From assembly GCA_964597675.1 (NCBI GenBank), contig CAZQYV010000001.1, positions 81,644 through 145,643 of the forward strand: DNA of 64,000 nucleotides. The letters run 5' to 3'. The translations under genes and the position numbers were made by a program. Position 1 is the first letter of the stretch, and each line of letters starts with the position of its first letter. Shown here piece by piece: positions 31,312 to 40,835 of the stretch. The notes beneath the pieces are model-generated. The model did not search any database. It had not been told where the DNA came from and saw only the letters and a program-made list of their open reading frames with translations. The DNA is from an uncultured Candidatus Saccharibacteria bacterium. Lineage in GTDB: Bacteria > Patescibacteriota > Minisyncoccia > Phycocordibacterales > DATDWN01.

Positions 31312-31625
31312 CAGGTGTTTTGAGTAGTCAAACATTCCGCCCTCCGAGTAAGGAGGCGGTTGCCGGAAAGACCACACCGGCGAAAAATGTGGTGACTCTC
31401 GGATATCGTATGAATATCCGAGTTGCACAAAGCCCTGTGCGTAAAATAAGGTGACTCTTTTTAATGGAGAGAGAATGTTGTGAATAAATTGCGTCATTAA
31501 ATAATAACCCTCACCCCGACGCAGGTGAGGTAGCGGTATCTGGGCCTCGAAATCTAGATACAACGTCCGGTCGTGTAAATACATCTGGACACCTTGGCCC
31601 GACATCTGTCCGGGCCTTTTTCTTT
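31312..31625 (+). ncRNA. Candidate ~310-nt structured RNA with two predicted pseudoknots
   Basis: Between a promoter and a GGCCCG/CGGGCC-T-tract terminator; at least 8 helices; no + strand ORF in the track. Confidence 0.65.
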
Positions 31626-31677
31626 GTCAAAATTGACATATTGACCAAATAGTGTATAATAGTGTTAGGAGGCCAGA

Positions 31678-31947
31678 GTGACTTGTAAAATTCTGGATGA
31701 ACCAACACTCGCGGAGTCGTTGGTAGAGAATAAACTCCCCACTATCAAGATCGGAGATAGAGGGGAAAGTGATTTGAGTCAGGCAGAGAAATTTGAACGT
31801 CTCTGCAATTTCCTTGATAAGGGAGAGGATGTGGTTGTTATGTTGTTCGGCGACACATGGTATCGCGGTGTCGTCGAGCAGGCTGCCCTGGCACGGGGGT
31901 ATGATGTACTCCATGCCAGGAGTGCCACCGAGTTGGTGGCGGCATGA
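31678..31947 (+). CDS. Small hypothetical protein
   Basis: TTGACA-16-TATAAT, AGGAGG RBS, GTG start, GGCCGGGG/CCCCGGCC terminator. Confidence 0.7.
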   Translation: MTCKILDEPTLAESLVENKLPTIKIGDRGESDLSQAEKFERLCNFLDKGEDVVVMLFGDTWYRGVVEQAALARGYDVLHARSATELVAA

Positions 31948-32023
31948 CGGTTGGCCGGGGAGAGATCCCCGGCCACTTTTCTTTTTAGGAGAAAGTTGTA
32001 TTGTGTAGAAGGAGGTTAGAATT

Positions 32024-32302
32024 ATGGTTCAACACAATGATGCTGAGGATGATCCAAAAATCACTATTGAAATTGATTGTTTTGACATCCTATTAAATGC
32101 TTTTATTGTCGCAGTTGGTATGGTAATCCTTACATTTGCAATCAATTCTGTCTCGTGGTTACACACAATTGTTTTCAAAGGTAGAGATGCTAACTATGGG
32201 GCGATATTTAGTCTTTGTTTTCTAACTATTGCTCTGACCCAGTATTTAGCTGAATGGAATGTGATTCAAGAGATAAAGAAGCAACATGGTCGTGGCAAAT
32301 AG
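32024..32302 (+). CDS. Small two-TM membrane protein
   Basis: AAGGAGG RBS; two hydrophobic segments. Confidence 0.7.
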   Translation: MVQHNDAEDDPKITIEIDCFDILLNAFIVAVGMVILTFAINSVSWLHTIVFKGRDANYGAIFSLCFLTIALTQYLAEWNVIQEIKKQHGRGK

Positions 32303-32461
32303 CCACGGCCTTTTATTTTGCCTTGAGGGGCACGATCATTTGACATTACTCCTGATTTTGTATAGTATAGAGCCCAAGTTCTAAGAGCATGACTCTTAAA
32401 CAATTTTGTGTGCGGTATGCAATATACCTCTACAAAGAGTGTTTTTATTTTTGAATATTTC

Positions 32462-32803
32462 ATGACACGATCATCAAAAAAAGGCCCATATGTAGACGAA
32501 CGACTCCTCAAGAAGATTGAGGGCAAAAAGCCGATAGAAACCGGTGTTATTAAGACGTGGTCACGTGCATGCGTTATTTCTCCAGAAATGGTTGGGTTCA
32601 ACTTTGGTGTTCACAATGGAAAAACTCATCTTGAAGTATTGGTTTCAGAGGACATGGTAGGTCACCGACTGGGCGAGTTTTCTCCAACAAAGAAATTCAT
32701 CAAACACGGTGGTAAAATGCAAAAAGACCTCGAGCAGAAAAAGAAAGAGTCCGAAATTTCTGCTGCAAAAGCTGCAAAGACAACTACTGAAACAAAGAAA
32801 TAA
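32462..32803 (+). CDS. rpsS: 30S ribosomal protein S19
   Basis: [23 protein letters not shown]. Confidence 0.98.
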   Translation: MTRSSKKGPYVDERLLKKIEGKKPIETGVIKTWSRACVISPEMVGFNFGVHNGKTHLEVLVSEDMVGHRLGEFSPTKKFIKHGGKMQKDLEQKKKESEISAAKAAKTTTETKK

Positions 32804-32812
32804 TTTATCCAT

Positions 32813-33253
32813 ATGGCAACAGCACACGCAACACTTTCAAACTTCCGACAATCACCACGCAAAATGCGCGTGGTTGCAAATCTTGTACGTGGCAAAAAAG
32901 TGTTGGATGCACTCACAAGTCTAGAGTTTACAGACAAGCGAGCATCAGGCCCGATCAAGACACTTATTGCAAGTGCTTTGGCAAATGCAAAGTCTCTGGA
33001 TATTCCAACAGAACATTTGATTATAAAAACAATCGAAGTCAATTCTGGTAAGATTATGTACCGACGTATTCCTGCTGCTCGGGGAAGTGCACATCCGATC
33101 CGCAAGCGAACATCACTTGTTCGTGTCGAGTTGGGCGAGGCAACAACAACAAAGAAGGTGAAAATTGCAAAAGAAAAGGCAATTGCCGCACCTAAAACAG
33201 AGACAAAGGCAAAGAAACCAGCTGTAAAAAAAGTAGCAAAGAAATCAGATTAA
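32813..33253 (+). CDS. rplV: 50S ribosomal protein L22
   Basis: RQSPRKMR.VA..VRGK, ARG.A..IRKRTS. Confidence 0.97.
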   Translation: MATAHATLSNFRQSPRKMRVVANLVRGKKVLDALTSLEFTDKRASGPIKTLIASALANAKSLDIPTEHLIIKTIEVNSGKIMYRRIPAARGSAHPIRKRTSLVRVELGEATTTKKVKIAKEKAIAAPKTETKAKKPAVKKVAKKSD

Positions 33254-33289
33254 TTTTTCATTTCGATTTTTTAATTTTAAATTTTATTT

Positions 33290-33949
33290 ATGACTCATAC
33301 GGTACATCCATATTCACACCGACTAGGCATCATCAGAGATTGGAAATCTCGCTGGTTTGGCGTGAAAGGTAAATATCGAGATTTTCTAAAGAGTGATGTA
33401 TTGTTACGAGAATACTTGGAAAAGCGATTTCGTGGTCAGTACGTCAGTAGTATTGAAATGGAACGAAGTGAAAAGGTATTGCGCATCATTATTGAAACAT
33501 CACGACCAGGTATGATCATTGGCCGCAGTGGAGAAGGCGCAGTCAAACTTCGCGAGGATATTGTTGCTTTTATTGCAAAGAAAAAACTATCAACAGAAGG
33601 TGAAATAAAAATTGATATCAAAGAAGTCCGATCTCCAGAATCAAACGCTTCGATTGTAGCCCAAATGATTGCAGATGGTTTGGAAAAGCGAATGCCATTT
33701 CGCCGAGTGGTCAAGTCTGTTGTTGAAAAGGTTATGGCAAATCGTGATGTACAGGGTGTGAAAGTCGAGCTTTCTGGCCGACTAGGTGGTGCATCAATGG
33801 CACGACAAGAAAAAATGAAGCGTGGACGTATTCCACTTCAGACATTCCGAGCAGACGTTGATTTTGTTAAATATGAGGCACGTTTGCCATACGGTGGTAT
33901 AGGTATAAAGGTTTGGATATACCGCGGTGAGATCTTCAGTAAGAAGTAA
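33290..33949 (+). CDS. rpsC: 30S ribosomal protein S3
   Basis: VHPYSHRLG, RPGMIIG, GRIPLQT.RAD, GIKVWI. Confidence 0.98.
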   Translation: MTHTVHPYSHRLGIIRDWKSRWFGVKGKYRDFLKSDVLLREYLEKRFRGQYVSSIEMERSEKVLRIIIETSRPGMIIGRSGEGAVKLREDIVAFIAKKKLSTEGEIKIDIKEVRSPESNASIVAQMIADGLEKRMPFRRVVKSVVEKVMANRDVQGVKVELSGRLGGASMARQEKMKRGRIPLQTFRADVDFVKYEARLPYGGIGIKVWIYRGEIFSKK

Positions 33950-33958
33950 AAAAATACC

Positions 33959-34375
33959 ATGTTAATACCAAAAAAAGTTAAATATCGAAAGTGGCACACA
34001 ATGCGAAAAAATCCATCAAAGGTGGGTGTTGCATCACGTGGTATTACTGTAGCTTTTGGATCATTTGGTCTAAAGGCAACCGAAGGTGCACGTATTCGAT
34101 CAAATCAGATTGAGGCAGCTCGAAAAGTGCTTTCTCGTGCGACTGGTAAAACAGGTAAAATCTGGATTCGCATTTTCCCCGATATGCCATATACACAAAA
34201 GCCAGCCGAGGTGAAACTTGGTAAAGGAAAGGGAGATTTGGCAGGGTATCATGCTCCAGTCAAGCCAGGACGAATCCTTTTCGAGGTTGATGGTGTAACA
34301 GAGCCAGTCGCTCGAGAGGCCCTACGAAAAGCAGGAACAAAATTGCCTTTGAAGACTAAAATTGTTGCCCGATAA
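33959..34375 (+). CDS. rplP: 50S ribosomal protein L16
   Basis: PKKVKYRK, QIEAAR, WIRIFPD, GKGKG. Confidence 0.98.
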   Translation: MLIPKKVKYRKWHTMRKNPSKVGVASRGITVAFGSFGLKATEGARIRSNQIEAARKVLSRATGKTGKIWIRIFPDMPYTQKPAEVKLGKGKGDLAGYHAPVKPGRILFEVDGVTEPVAREALRKAGTKLPLKTKIVAR

Positions 34376-34385
34376 CAATACCACT

Positions 34386-34577
34386 ATGAACATGAAAGAA
34401 ATTGCACAAAAAAATACACAGGAATTACGAAAACTCATTGCAGAAAAAAAGGAGGCACTTCGTGCATTTCGATTTGGTATTGCTGGCAGTAATGTTCGCA
34501 ATGTTAAAGAGGGAGCGGTTTTGAAAAAGGACATCGCTCGAATCGAGACACATATAAATACAAAGAATATAGAATAA
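34386..34577 (+). CDS. rpmC: 50S ribosomal protein L29
   Basis: Position between rplP and rpsQ; KKDIARIET. Confidence 0.92.
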   Translation: MNMKEIAQKNTQELRKLIAEKKEALRAFRFGIAGSNVRNVKEGAVLKKDIARIETHINTKNIE

Positions 34578-34624
34578 CGAATAGTGAATATAGAAAAAAT
34601 CAATATTCTAAATTCAAAAATATT

Positions 34625-34894
34625 ATGAAAACTTCACAAAATACAAAAGAAAATAAAGACACAATAATTTCAGCAGGGAAGACCCTTTCAGGGGTTGTTG
34701 TATCTGACAAAATGAAAGACACAGTCGTGGTCAAAGTCAGTCGGTTTGTGAAGCATCCAAAATATGGAAAGTTTCTTTCACGCGATAAAAAGTTCAAGGC
34801 ACATGATGCAGGCAACACCAAAAAAATAGGGGACAAAGTTAGCATCATTGAGTGTGCTCCAATTTCAAAAGACAAGACATTTAAAATTATTTAA
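34625..34894 (+). CDS. rpsQ: 30S ribosomal protein S17
   Basis: GVVVSDKMKDT, HPKYGK, PISKDK. Confidence 0.98.
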   Translation: MKTSQNTKENKDTIISAGKTLSGVVVSDKMKDTVVVKVSRFVKHPKYGKFLSRDKKFKAHDAGNTKKIGDKVSIIECAPISKDKTFKII

Positions 34895-34903
34895 TACACT
34901 GCC

Positions 34904-35275
34904 ATGATTCAACCTCGATCAATCGTAAAAATAAGTGACAACTCCGGAGGCAAAATCGGACGTATTTTCAAAGTCCTCGGAAGTTCAAAAAAGCGATACG
35001 CACGTATTGGTGAGGTTGTTATGCTTTCTGTTCAAAAGGCAGAACCACGAAAGGCAACAAAAAAGAAAGACGTCTTGTATGCGGTGGTTGTTCGACAAAA
35101 AGCACCATTTCGCCGAAAGGATGGATCATATATCCGATTTGATGAAAATGCAGTGGTTATTATCGTAAAAGACAAAAAAGAGCCAGTGGCAGGACGTATT
35201 TTCGGTCCGATCCCACGAGAGCTTGGTGAAGGGGGATATCAGAAAATCATTTCGTTAGCACCAGAAGTAGTATAG
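34904..35275 (+). CDS. rplN: 50S ribosomal protein L14
   Basis: MIQ, DNSG, RFDENA, RIFGPI.REL. Confidence 0.98.
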   Translation: MIQPRSIVKISDNSGGKIGRIFKVLGSSKKRYARIGEVVMLSVQKAEPRKATKKKDVLYAVVVRQKAPFRRKDGSYIRFDENAVVIIVKDKKEPVAGRIFGPIPRELGEGGYQKIISLAPEVV

Positions 35276-35377
35276 GAAAGTAAAATATTAAAAATCAAAA
35301 TGGAAAATTACCAGATAAAGTCAAAGAATACTAATTAGAATTTTTACTTTTGATTTTTCAATTTTAAATTTATTACC

Positions 35378-35593
35378 ATGCATATCAAAAAAGACGACAA
35401 AGTAAAAATACTGTCAGGAAAAGATAAGGGCAAAACTGGCTCGGTGGTTAAGTCATTTCCAAAAGAAAACAAAGTCATTGTTTCAGGTGTCAATGTAGTA
35501 AAGGCACACAAAAAAGCTCGCAAGAGTGGCGAAAAAGGTCAGATTATAGACAAGACAATGCCTATCCACGCATCGAATGTAAAGAAAGTGTAA
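35378..35593 (+). CDS. rplX: 50S ribosomal protein L24 (short)
   Basis: IKKDDKV.ILSGKDKGK.G, PIHASNV. Confidence 0.96.
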   Translation: MHIKKDDKVKILSGKDKGKTGSVVKSFPKENKVIVSGVNVVKAHKKARKSGEKGQIIDKTMPIHASNVKKV

Positions 35594-35613
35594 TAAAACC
35601 TTAAACTAATATC

Positions 35614-36147
35614 ATGGAAACAACCAAACAAAAAGAAGCAACAGCATACACCGCACTCAAGTCTGCTTTTGGCTATACAAACAAAATGCGTGCGCCTCGA
35701 GTACAAAAGGTGGTTGTTTCTGCTGGCGTGGGTTCTTTTAAAGATAAAAAGAAAATCGAGCTAGCTCTTGATCGCCTTTCAAAAATTACTGGCCAGCGTC
35801 CTGTAAAAAAAGGCGCAAAGCAGTCTGTCGCTGCTTTCAAGGTCCGAGAGGGGGATACAGTTGGTATGCAGGTGACTCTCCGTGGCAAACGAATGTATGA
35901 TTTTCTTGATCGATTAGTCAATATTGCTCTCCCTCGAACAAAGGACTTTCGCGGTATTCCAACAAAGGGTATCGATGAAATGGGGAACTACACACTTGGT
36001 ATCAAAGAACACACTATTTTCCCAGAGACATCAGATGAAGAATTGAAAGATGTGTTTGGTCTCGCACTTACTGTCGTCACAAACGTCAAAGACAAAAAAG
36101 AGACATTGGCATTCCTTACTCATCTTGGCTTCCCATTCAAAAAATAA
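35614..36147 (+). CDS. rplE: 50S ribosomal protein L5
   Basis: ITGQ.P, VTLRG, LPR.KDFRG, GNYTLG. Confidence 0.98.
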   Translation: METTKQKEATAYTALKSAFGYTNKMRAPRVQKVVVSAGVGSFKDKKKIELALDRLSKITGQRPVKKGAKQSVAAFKVREGDTVGMQVTLRGKRMYDFLDRLVNIALPRTKDFRGIPTKGIDEMGNYTLGIKEHTIFPETSDEELKDVFGLALTVVTNVKDKKETLAFLTHLGFPFKK

Positions 36148-36286
36148 TACCACCACAAGAGCCCCGAAAGGGGTTTTTGTTGACTTATGGTATAGATTGT
36201 TATATAAATCCGATAGATCCATACCCCACCACATATGTTCAGTTCATTCTGATATGTAGGATGAGGAGTATAGGAAGGAGTCCGAT

Positions 36287-36868
36287 ATGTTTGATATTAA
36301 ACTGTTTGTCACTTTGTTGGTATTTTGGGCGGTGATTATGCTGCCAAGATTCATCCGTAACCATTTCGACGATCGTCGCAGGATCAGACGAATGGCTCGG
36401 GAAATAGAGCTTATTGATCAGGCAAAAAAAATCGGTCCGATCCTCATTCAAAATATTGAAGGGGGAATTGTGGCTTTCTGTACTGCTCGTGATTTTTATC
36501 AAGCAGAGAAGATGGCACGGGGTACTGAGGTTTGGAAGCGTGTGAGGGTGGAAGTAATCCCAACCTTTACATTTGCATCAAATGAAGGTGTGAGGGTCGG
36601 TGCTCACACTGGAGTTATGGCAGATGCGGAACTAATCCTAGAAAGCATGATCAGGCGGTCAATCCTAATCTGCAAAGGAGAGCAAATTCCGAGAAAAGTA
36701 TTCAAATACCTCATTCACAAAAATGAGAGACTTCATGTCCCATTCTTGCCAGCGACCGATGATATAGATCGGTTCAAGCGAGAATTAAGGGATTACGGTC
36801 TAACTACGGTCGAACAAGCCGAAAATAACTTTCTGAAGGAGTGCTTGAATATTATTTGGAAGGGGTGA
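36287..36868 (+). CDS. Hypothetical protein with N-terminal TM, inserted between rplE and rpsN
   Basis: AAGGAG RBS; flanked by hairpin terminators at about 36155-36180 and 36875-36905. Confidence 0.7.
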   Translation: MFDIKLFVTLLVFWAVIMLPRFIRNHFDDRRRIRRMAREIELIDQAKKIGPILIQNIEGGIVAFCTARDFYQAEKMARGTEVWKRVRVEVIPTFTFASNEGVRVGAHTGVMADAELILESMIRRSILICKGEQIPRKVFKYLIHKNERLHVPFLPATDDIDRFKRELRDYGLTTVEQAENNFLKECLNIIWKG

Positions 36869-36970
36869 TATGTTACCCGGTTGCAGTGGTGCAACCGGGT
36901 ATTTTGTTGACTTTTCTTGAGGGTTTTGCTATCCTATTGCGAGTCTTACACAGACTTATTTTATTTAGAT

Positions 36971-37156
36971 ATGGCGAAAACATCAGTTAAAGCACGAGCA
37001 GCAAAGACACCAAAGTTTCCCACTCGGGCTGTTAATCGTTGTTTCAAGTGCGGACGAAAGCATGGATTTATGAGAGACTTTGGTCTCTGCCGAATCTGCT
37101 TCCGCGAGCTTGCCAATGAAGGTAAATTGCCAGGGGTAAAGAAATCCTCTTGGTAA
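36971..37156 (+). CDS. rpsN: 30S ribosomal protein S14, zinc-binding type
   Basis: [23 protein letters not shown]. Confidence 0.97.
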   Translation: MAKTSVKARAAKTPKFPTRAVNRCFKCGRKHGFMRDFGLCRICFRELANEGKLPGVKKSSW

Positions 37157-37221
37157 CACAAGGTGTCTCGGTTCGTCACTCCCACTCGGGTTGTGATACC
37201 ACCAAGATATAATACACACAC

Positions 37222-37611
37222 ATGAACGATCCAATTGCAGACATGATTATACGTATCAAGAACGCATCAGATTCAAAGAAAGAATCGGTCACTTTACCGT
37301 ATTCAAAGTTGAAACTTGCTATTCTTGATGTTCTTTTGAAAGAGGGTTTCATCAAGTCATTTGGTAAAAAAGGAAAAAAGGTAGCAAAATTTATCGAAGT
37401 TGGCCTTGTATACTCAGATGGTATGCCAAAAATTCACGGAGTTGATCGGGTGTCAAAGACATCAAAACGAGTCTACCAGAAGGCAAAGGATATTCGACCA
37501 GTTAAGAGCGGTTTCGGAGCACTTATTATTTCAACACCACAAGGTATTATTACTGACAAGATAGCTCGGGCAGAACATGTTGGTGGTGAGGTATTGTTCA
37601 AGATCTGGTAA
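37222..37611 (+). CDS. rpsH: 30S ribosomal protein S8
   Basis: DPIADM..RI.NA, EGFI, STPQG, GGEV. Confidence 0.98.
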   Translation: MNDPIADMIIRIKNASDSKKESVTLPYSKLKLAILDVLLKEGFIKSFGKKGKKVAKFIEVGLVYSDGMPKIHGVDRVSKTSKRVYQKAKDIRPVKSGFGALIISTPQGIITDKIARAEHVGGEVLFKIW

Positions 37612-37632
37612 TCGCATTATTTATATACACAT

Positions 37633-38166
37633 ATGTCACGAATCGGAAAAAAAATCATATCAATTCCAGAAAAAACAAGTGTAACGTTCACTTCTGGTGT
37701 ATTAACTGTGACCGGTCCTCAAGGCACATTGTCTCGACCTATGAAGTCTGACATCACTATTTCAGTTGAAGGTTCAACTGTAAACCTTGTGCCAGTAAAA
37801 GAGACAATAGCAACACGAGCACTATGGGGAACATATGCATCTCATATCACAAACATGATTACTGGTGTTAATACTCCTTTTGCAAAGAAATTGATTATCG
37901 AAGGTATCGGCTATAAATCTGAAGTAAAGGGTACAAATCTTGTTTTGGCACTTGGTTTTTCACATCCAGTCAATGTAGCAATCCCTGCAACACTAAAAGT
38001 TACTGCCGAGAAGAACATTTTGACAATTACTGGTATTAATAAAGAAGAAGTTGGGGCGTTTGCAGCACAAATTCGATCTCTTAAGAAGCCAGAACCATAC
38101 AAGGGTAAAGGTATTCGAGGTGAGTTCGAGGTCGTTAAGCGAAAGCAGGGCAAGAAAACCGCCTAA
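37633..38166 (+). CDS. rplF: 50S ribosomal protein L6
   Basis: MSRIGK, LGFSHP, PEPYKGKGI. Confidence 0.98.
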   Translation: MSRIGKKIISIPEKTSVTFTSGVLTVTGPQGTLSRPMKSDITISVEGSTVNLVPVKETIATRALWGTYASHITNMITGVNTPFAKKLIIEGIGYKSEVKGTNLVLALGFSHPVNVAIPATLKVTAEKNILTITGINKEEVGAFAAQIRSLKKPEPYKGKGIRGEFEVVKRKQGKKTA

Positions 38167-38185
38167 CTAATCTGGTTATACGTAT

Positions 38186-38536
38186 ATGAAAACAAACATA
38201 TCAAAAACAACACAGAGACTCCGAAGACGCGCACGCATCCGTGCAAAGATTTCTGGTACCGCACTAAAACCTCGTCTATCAGTATTCAAATCAAACAAAT
38301 ATATTTCTGCACAACTTATCAATGATGAATCAGGTGTTACTTTGGGTACTGCACATTCAAAAGATATGAAAGGAAAATCACTCTTGGAAAAATCAGCATT
38401 GGTTGGAAAGGCGGTTGCAGAATTGGCACAGTCAAAAAAGATAGAGCACGTTGTTTTTGATCGAGGTGGCTTTATTTACACAGGTTGTGTTAAGGCGGTG
38501 GCAGAAGGTGCTCGAGCAGGTGGACTTACATTCTAA
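38186..38536 (+). CDS. rplR: 50S ribosomal protein L18
   Basis: PRLSVFKSN, VVFDRGG. Confidence 0.98.
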   Translation: MKTNISKTTQRLRRRARIRAKISGTALKPRLSVFKSNKYISAQLINDESGVTLGTAHSKDMKGKSLLEKSALVGKAVAELAQSKKIEHVVFDRGGFIYTGCVKAVAEGARAGGLTF

Positions 38537-38544
38537 TACAAATT

Positions 38545-39117
38545 ATGGAAACAGAAGTAATAAAAACAGAACAAGCAGTAACAACCGACAAGCCATCGGC
38601 TCCTTTCGATACACAACGAGACAATCGTGATCCTAGACGAAACCCTCGCAAGTCAGCTCCTCGCCGAGAAGCACGTGTTAAGCCAGAGTTTGATCAGAAA
38701 ATAATTAGTATCCGCCGAGTGACTCGTGTGGTAACAGGTGGACGACGTTTCAGTTTCTCTGTAGGTATTGTTATTGGAGACAGAAAGGGTCGCGTGGGGG
38801 TAGGCCTCGGTAAAGCTGGAGACACACCAGTTGCAATCGAAAAAGCTATCCGCGATGCAAAGAAAAATATGGTTACAATTCGCATGACAAAAACAGGCTC
38901 AATTCCTCATGATGTCGAGGCAAAATATGCTGCATCACGAGTTATGATTATGCGAGCACCAGGCAAAGGTATTATGGCCGGAAGTTCTGTTCGTACTGTA
39001 TTGGAATTTGCTGGTGTCAAAGAGGTTAGTTCAAAAATCTTTTCTCGAAGTAAGAACAAAATAAACAACGCCCGAGCTGCTATCAAGGCGCTTGCTCAAT
39101 TGATCGTTAAAAAGTAA
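38545..39117 (+). CDS. rpsE: 30S ribosomal protein S5
   Basis: RVT.VV.GGRRF.F, G.GKA, APG.GI.AG. Confidence 0.98.
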   Translation: METEVIKTEQAVTTDKPSAPFDTQRDNRDPRRNPRKSAPRREARVKPEFDQKIISIRRVTRVVTGGRRFSFSVGIVIGDRKGRVGVGLGKAGDTPVAIEKAIRDAKKNMVTIRMTKTGSIPHDVEAKYAASRVMIMRAPGKGIMAGSSVRTVLEFAGVKEVSSKIFSRSKNKINNARAAIKALAQLIVKK

Positions 39118-39121
39118 TACC

Positions 39122-39550
39122 ATGCAAATCCACAATTTACAAAGAACACATAAAAACAAGAAAGCGCGACAAATCGGTCGTGCTGGACAGCGTGGTAAGA
39201 CATCTGGCCGAGGTACAAAGGGTCAGAACGCACGCGCAGGACACAAGAAGCGACCAGAAATTCGTGATTTCATTAAGCGAATTCCAAAAATGCGTGGACG
39301 TGGTAAAAACGGTAACACATCAATTCAGGAAAAATATATTGTTGTCCGATTGGCCGATATAAATGCATCGTACAAAGCAGGGGACACAGTTTCTCCTACA
39401 ACACTCCGAGCACTCGGTGTTATTACACGACTGGGGGATATTAAAATATTGGCTACAGGTACACTTGATAAAAAAGTATCTGTCGAGTCGTGTATGGTTT
39501 CCGCAGGCGCTCGCCTTGCGATAGAAAAAGCAGGTGGTACTATAAAGTAA
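39122..39550 (+). CDS. rplO: 50S ribosomal protein L15
   Basis: GKTSGRG.KGQ.AR.G, IEKAGG; follows rpsE directly with no rpmD. Confidence 0.97.
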   Translation: MQIHNLQRTHKNKKARQIGRAGQRGKTSGRGTKGQNARAGHKKRPEIRDFIKRIPKMRGRGKNGNTSIQEKYIVVRLADINASYKAGDTVSPTTLRALGVITRLGDIKILATGTLDKKVSVESCMVSAGARLAIEKAGGTIK

Positions 39551-39554
39551 TCCT

Positions 39555-40826
39555 ATGACAAATTTTTTCAATAAAATGTTTCTCGTCTTCCAAGATTCTG
39601 TCTTGCGAAAGCGAATATTTTTCACACTCGGAGCATTAGTTTTGTTTCGGGTTCTTGCTGCTATCCCTGTTCCTGGTGTAGATCATGCGGCATTGTCTCG
39701 TTTTTTCACAAATAACGAGTTCTTTGGCTTACTTAACATTTTCTCTGGTGGTGGTCTTTCACAACTTTCGATTGTGATGCTTGGTGTTGGTCCATATATT
39801 ACAGGATCAATCATTATGCAGTTGTTGACCATCATGTCACCTCGACTGAAAGAGATGTACCAAGAGGATGGTGAGGCAGGCAAGAGACGTTTTGCACAAT
39901 ACGGCAGACTTTTGACTGTGCCACTTGCTTTGGTACAAGGTTTTGGTTTTATAAAACTTCTCCAGAGTCAGCAGGTTTTCGCTGCTTTGTCTCCGTTTGC
40001 ATTCGTGGTTAATCTTATCGTTATTACTGCAGGATCAGTACTGCTTATGTGGATCGGTGAGTTGATTTCAGAATATGGTATAGGCAATGGTGTTTCCCTT
40101 ATTATCTTTGCTGGTATTGTTGCTAGTCTTCCTTCATACCTTGGACAGTTAGTTGCCATCTTTGATCCATCACAAATTCCAGTTTATCTTGCCTCAATTA
40201 TTGTAGGAGCAATCGTGGTCATAGGTGTAGTGGTTATAACAGAAGCAGAACGTCCCATCCCTGTAACATATGCAAAACAGGTGCGTGGTAATCGTGTATA
40301 TGGCGGTACATCAACCTATTTGCCACTTCGCATAAATCAAGCGGGTGTTATTCCAATTATCTTTGCTATGTCACTTCTGCTCTTTCCTCAGATGATCGTC
40401 CGTTTCTTGCAAAATGTTGACAACACCACAGTCAAGACAGTTTCAACTTATATGTTGAGTCTTTTATCTAACAGTTGGTTCTATGGCATCGCATATTTCT
40501 TGCTGGTTTTTGTCTTTACTTATTTCTATACAGCAGTGACATTTGATCCAGATCAGATATCTACAAACCTACAGAAGAACGGTGCATTTATCCCAGGTGT
40601 CCGCCCAGGAAAATCGACATCAGAGCATATTGCACGCATTCTTACTCGATTGACACTCGTCGGAGCACTCTTTCTCGGTGTCATTGCTGTATTGCCTCTT
40701 ATCATGAAGGGAATAACTGGTATCCAAGCCCTTTCGATTGGCGGTACAGGACTTTTGATTGTTGTTTCCGTGGTCATCGACCTCATCAAAAAGGTCAACG
40801 CTCAGGTTTCTATCCGAGAGTACTAA
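39555..40826 (+). CDS. secY: Preprotein translocase subunit SecY
   Basis: LGVGPYIT.SII.QLL, GIGNGVSL.IF.GI, AGVIP.IFA, FIPG.RPG. Confidence 0.99.
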   Translation: MTNFFNKMFLVFQDSVLRKRIFFTLGALVLFRVLAAIPVPGVDHAALSRFFTNNEFFGLLNIFSGGGLSQLSIVMLGVGPYITGSIIMQLLTIMSPRLKEMYQEDGEAGKRRFAQYGRLLTVPLALVQGFGFIKLLQSQQVFAALSPFAFVVNLIVITAGSVLLMWIGELISEYGIGNGVSLIIFAGIVASLPSYLGQLVAIFDPSQIPVYLASIIVGAIVVIGVVVITEAERPIPVTYAKQVRGNRVYGGTSTYLPLRINQAGVIPIIFAMSLLLFPQMIVRFLQNVDNTTVKTVSTYMLSLLSNSWFYGIAYFLLVFVFTYFYTAVTFDPDQISTNLQKNGAFIPGVRPGKSTSEHIARILTRLTLVGALFLGVIAVLPLIMKGITGIQALSIGGTGLLIVVSVVIDLIKKVNAQVSIREY

Positions 40827-40835
40827 TGTTACTTC

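Noticed and set aside
31312-31625. RNase P RNA, SRP RNA or group I intron
   Set aside because: Could not find GAGGAAAGUCC or the 3' P4 strand, the SRP domain IV motif, or a P7 core; a divergent member cannot be excluded without Infernal
39117-39122. Absence of rpmD (L30) as a novelty
   Set aside because: Known trait of CPR bacteria; used only as taxonomic evidence
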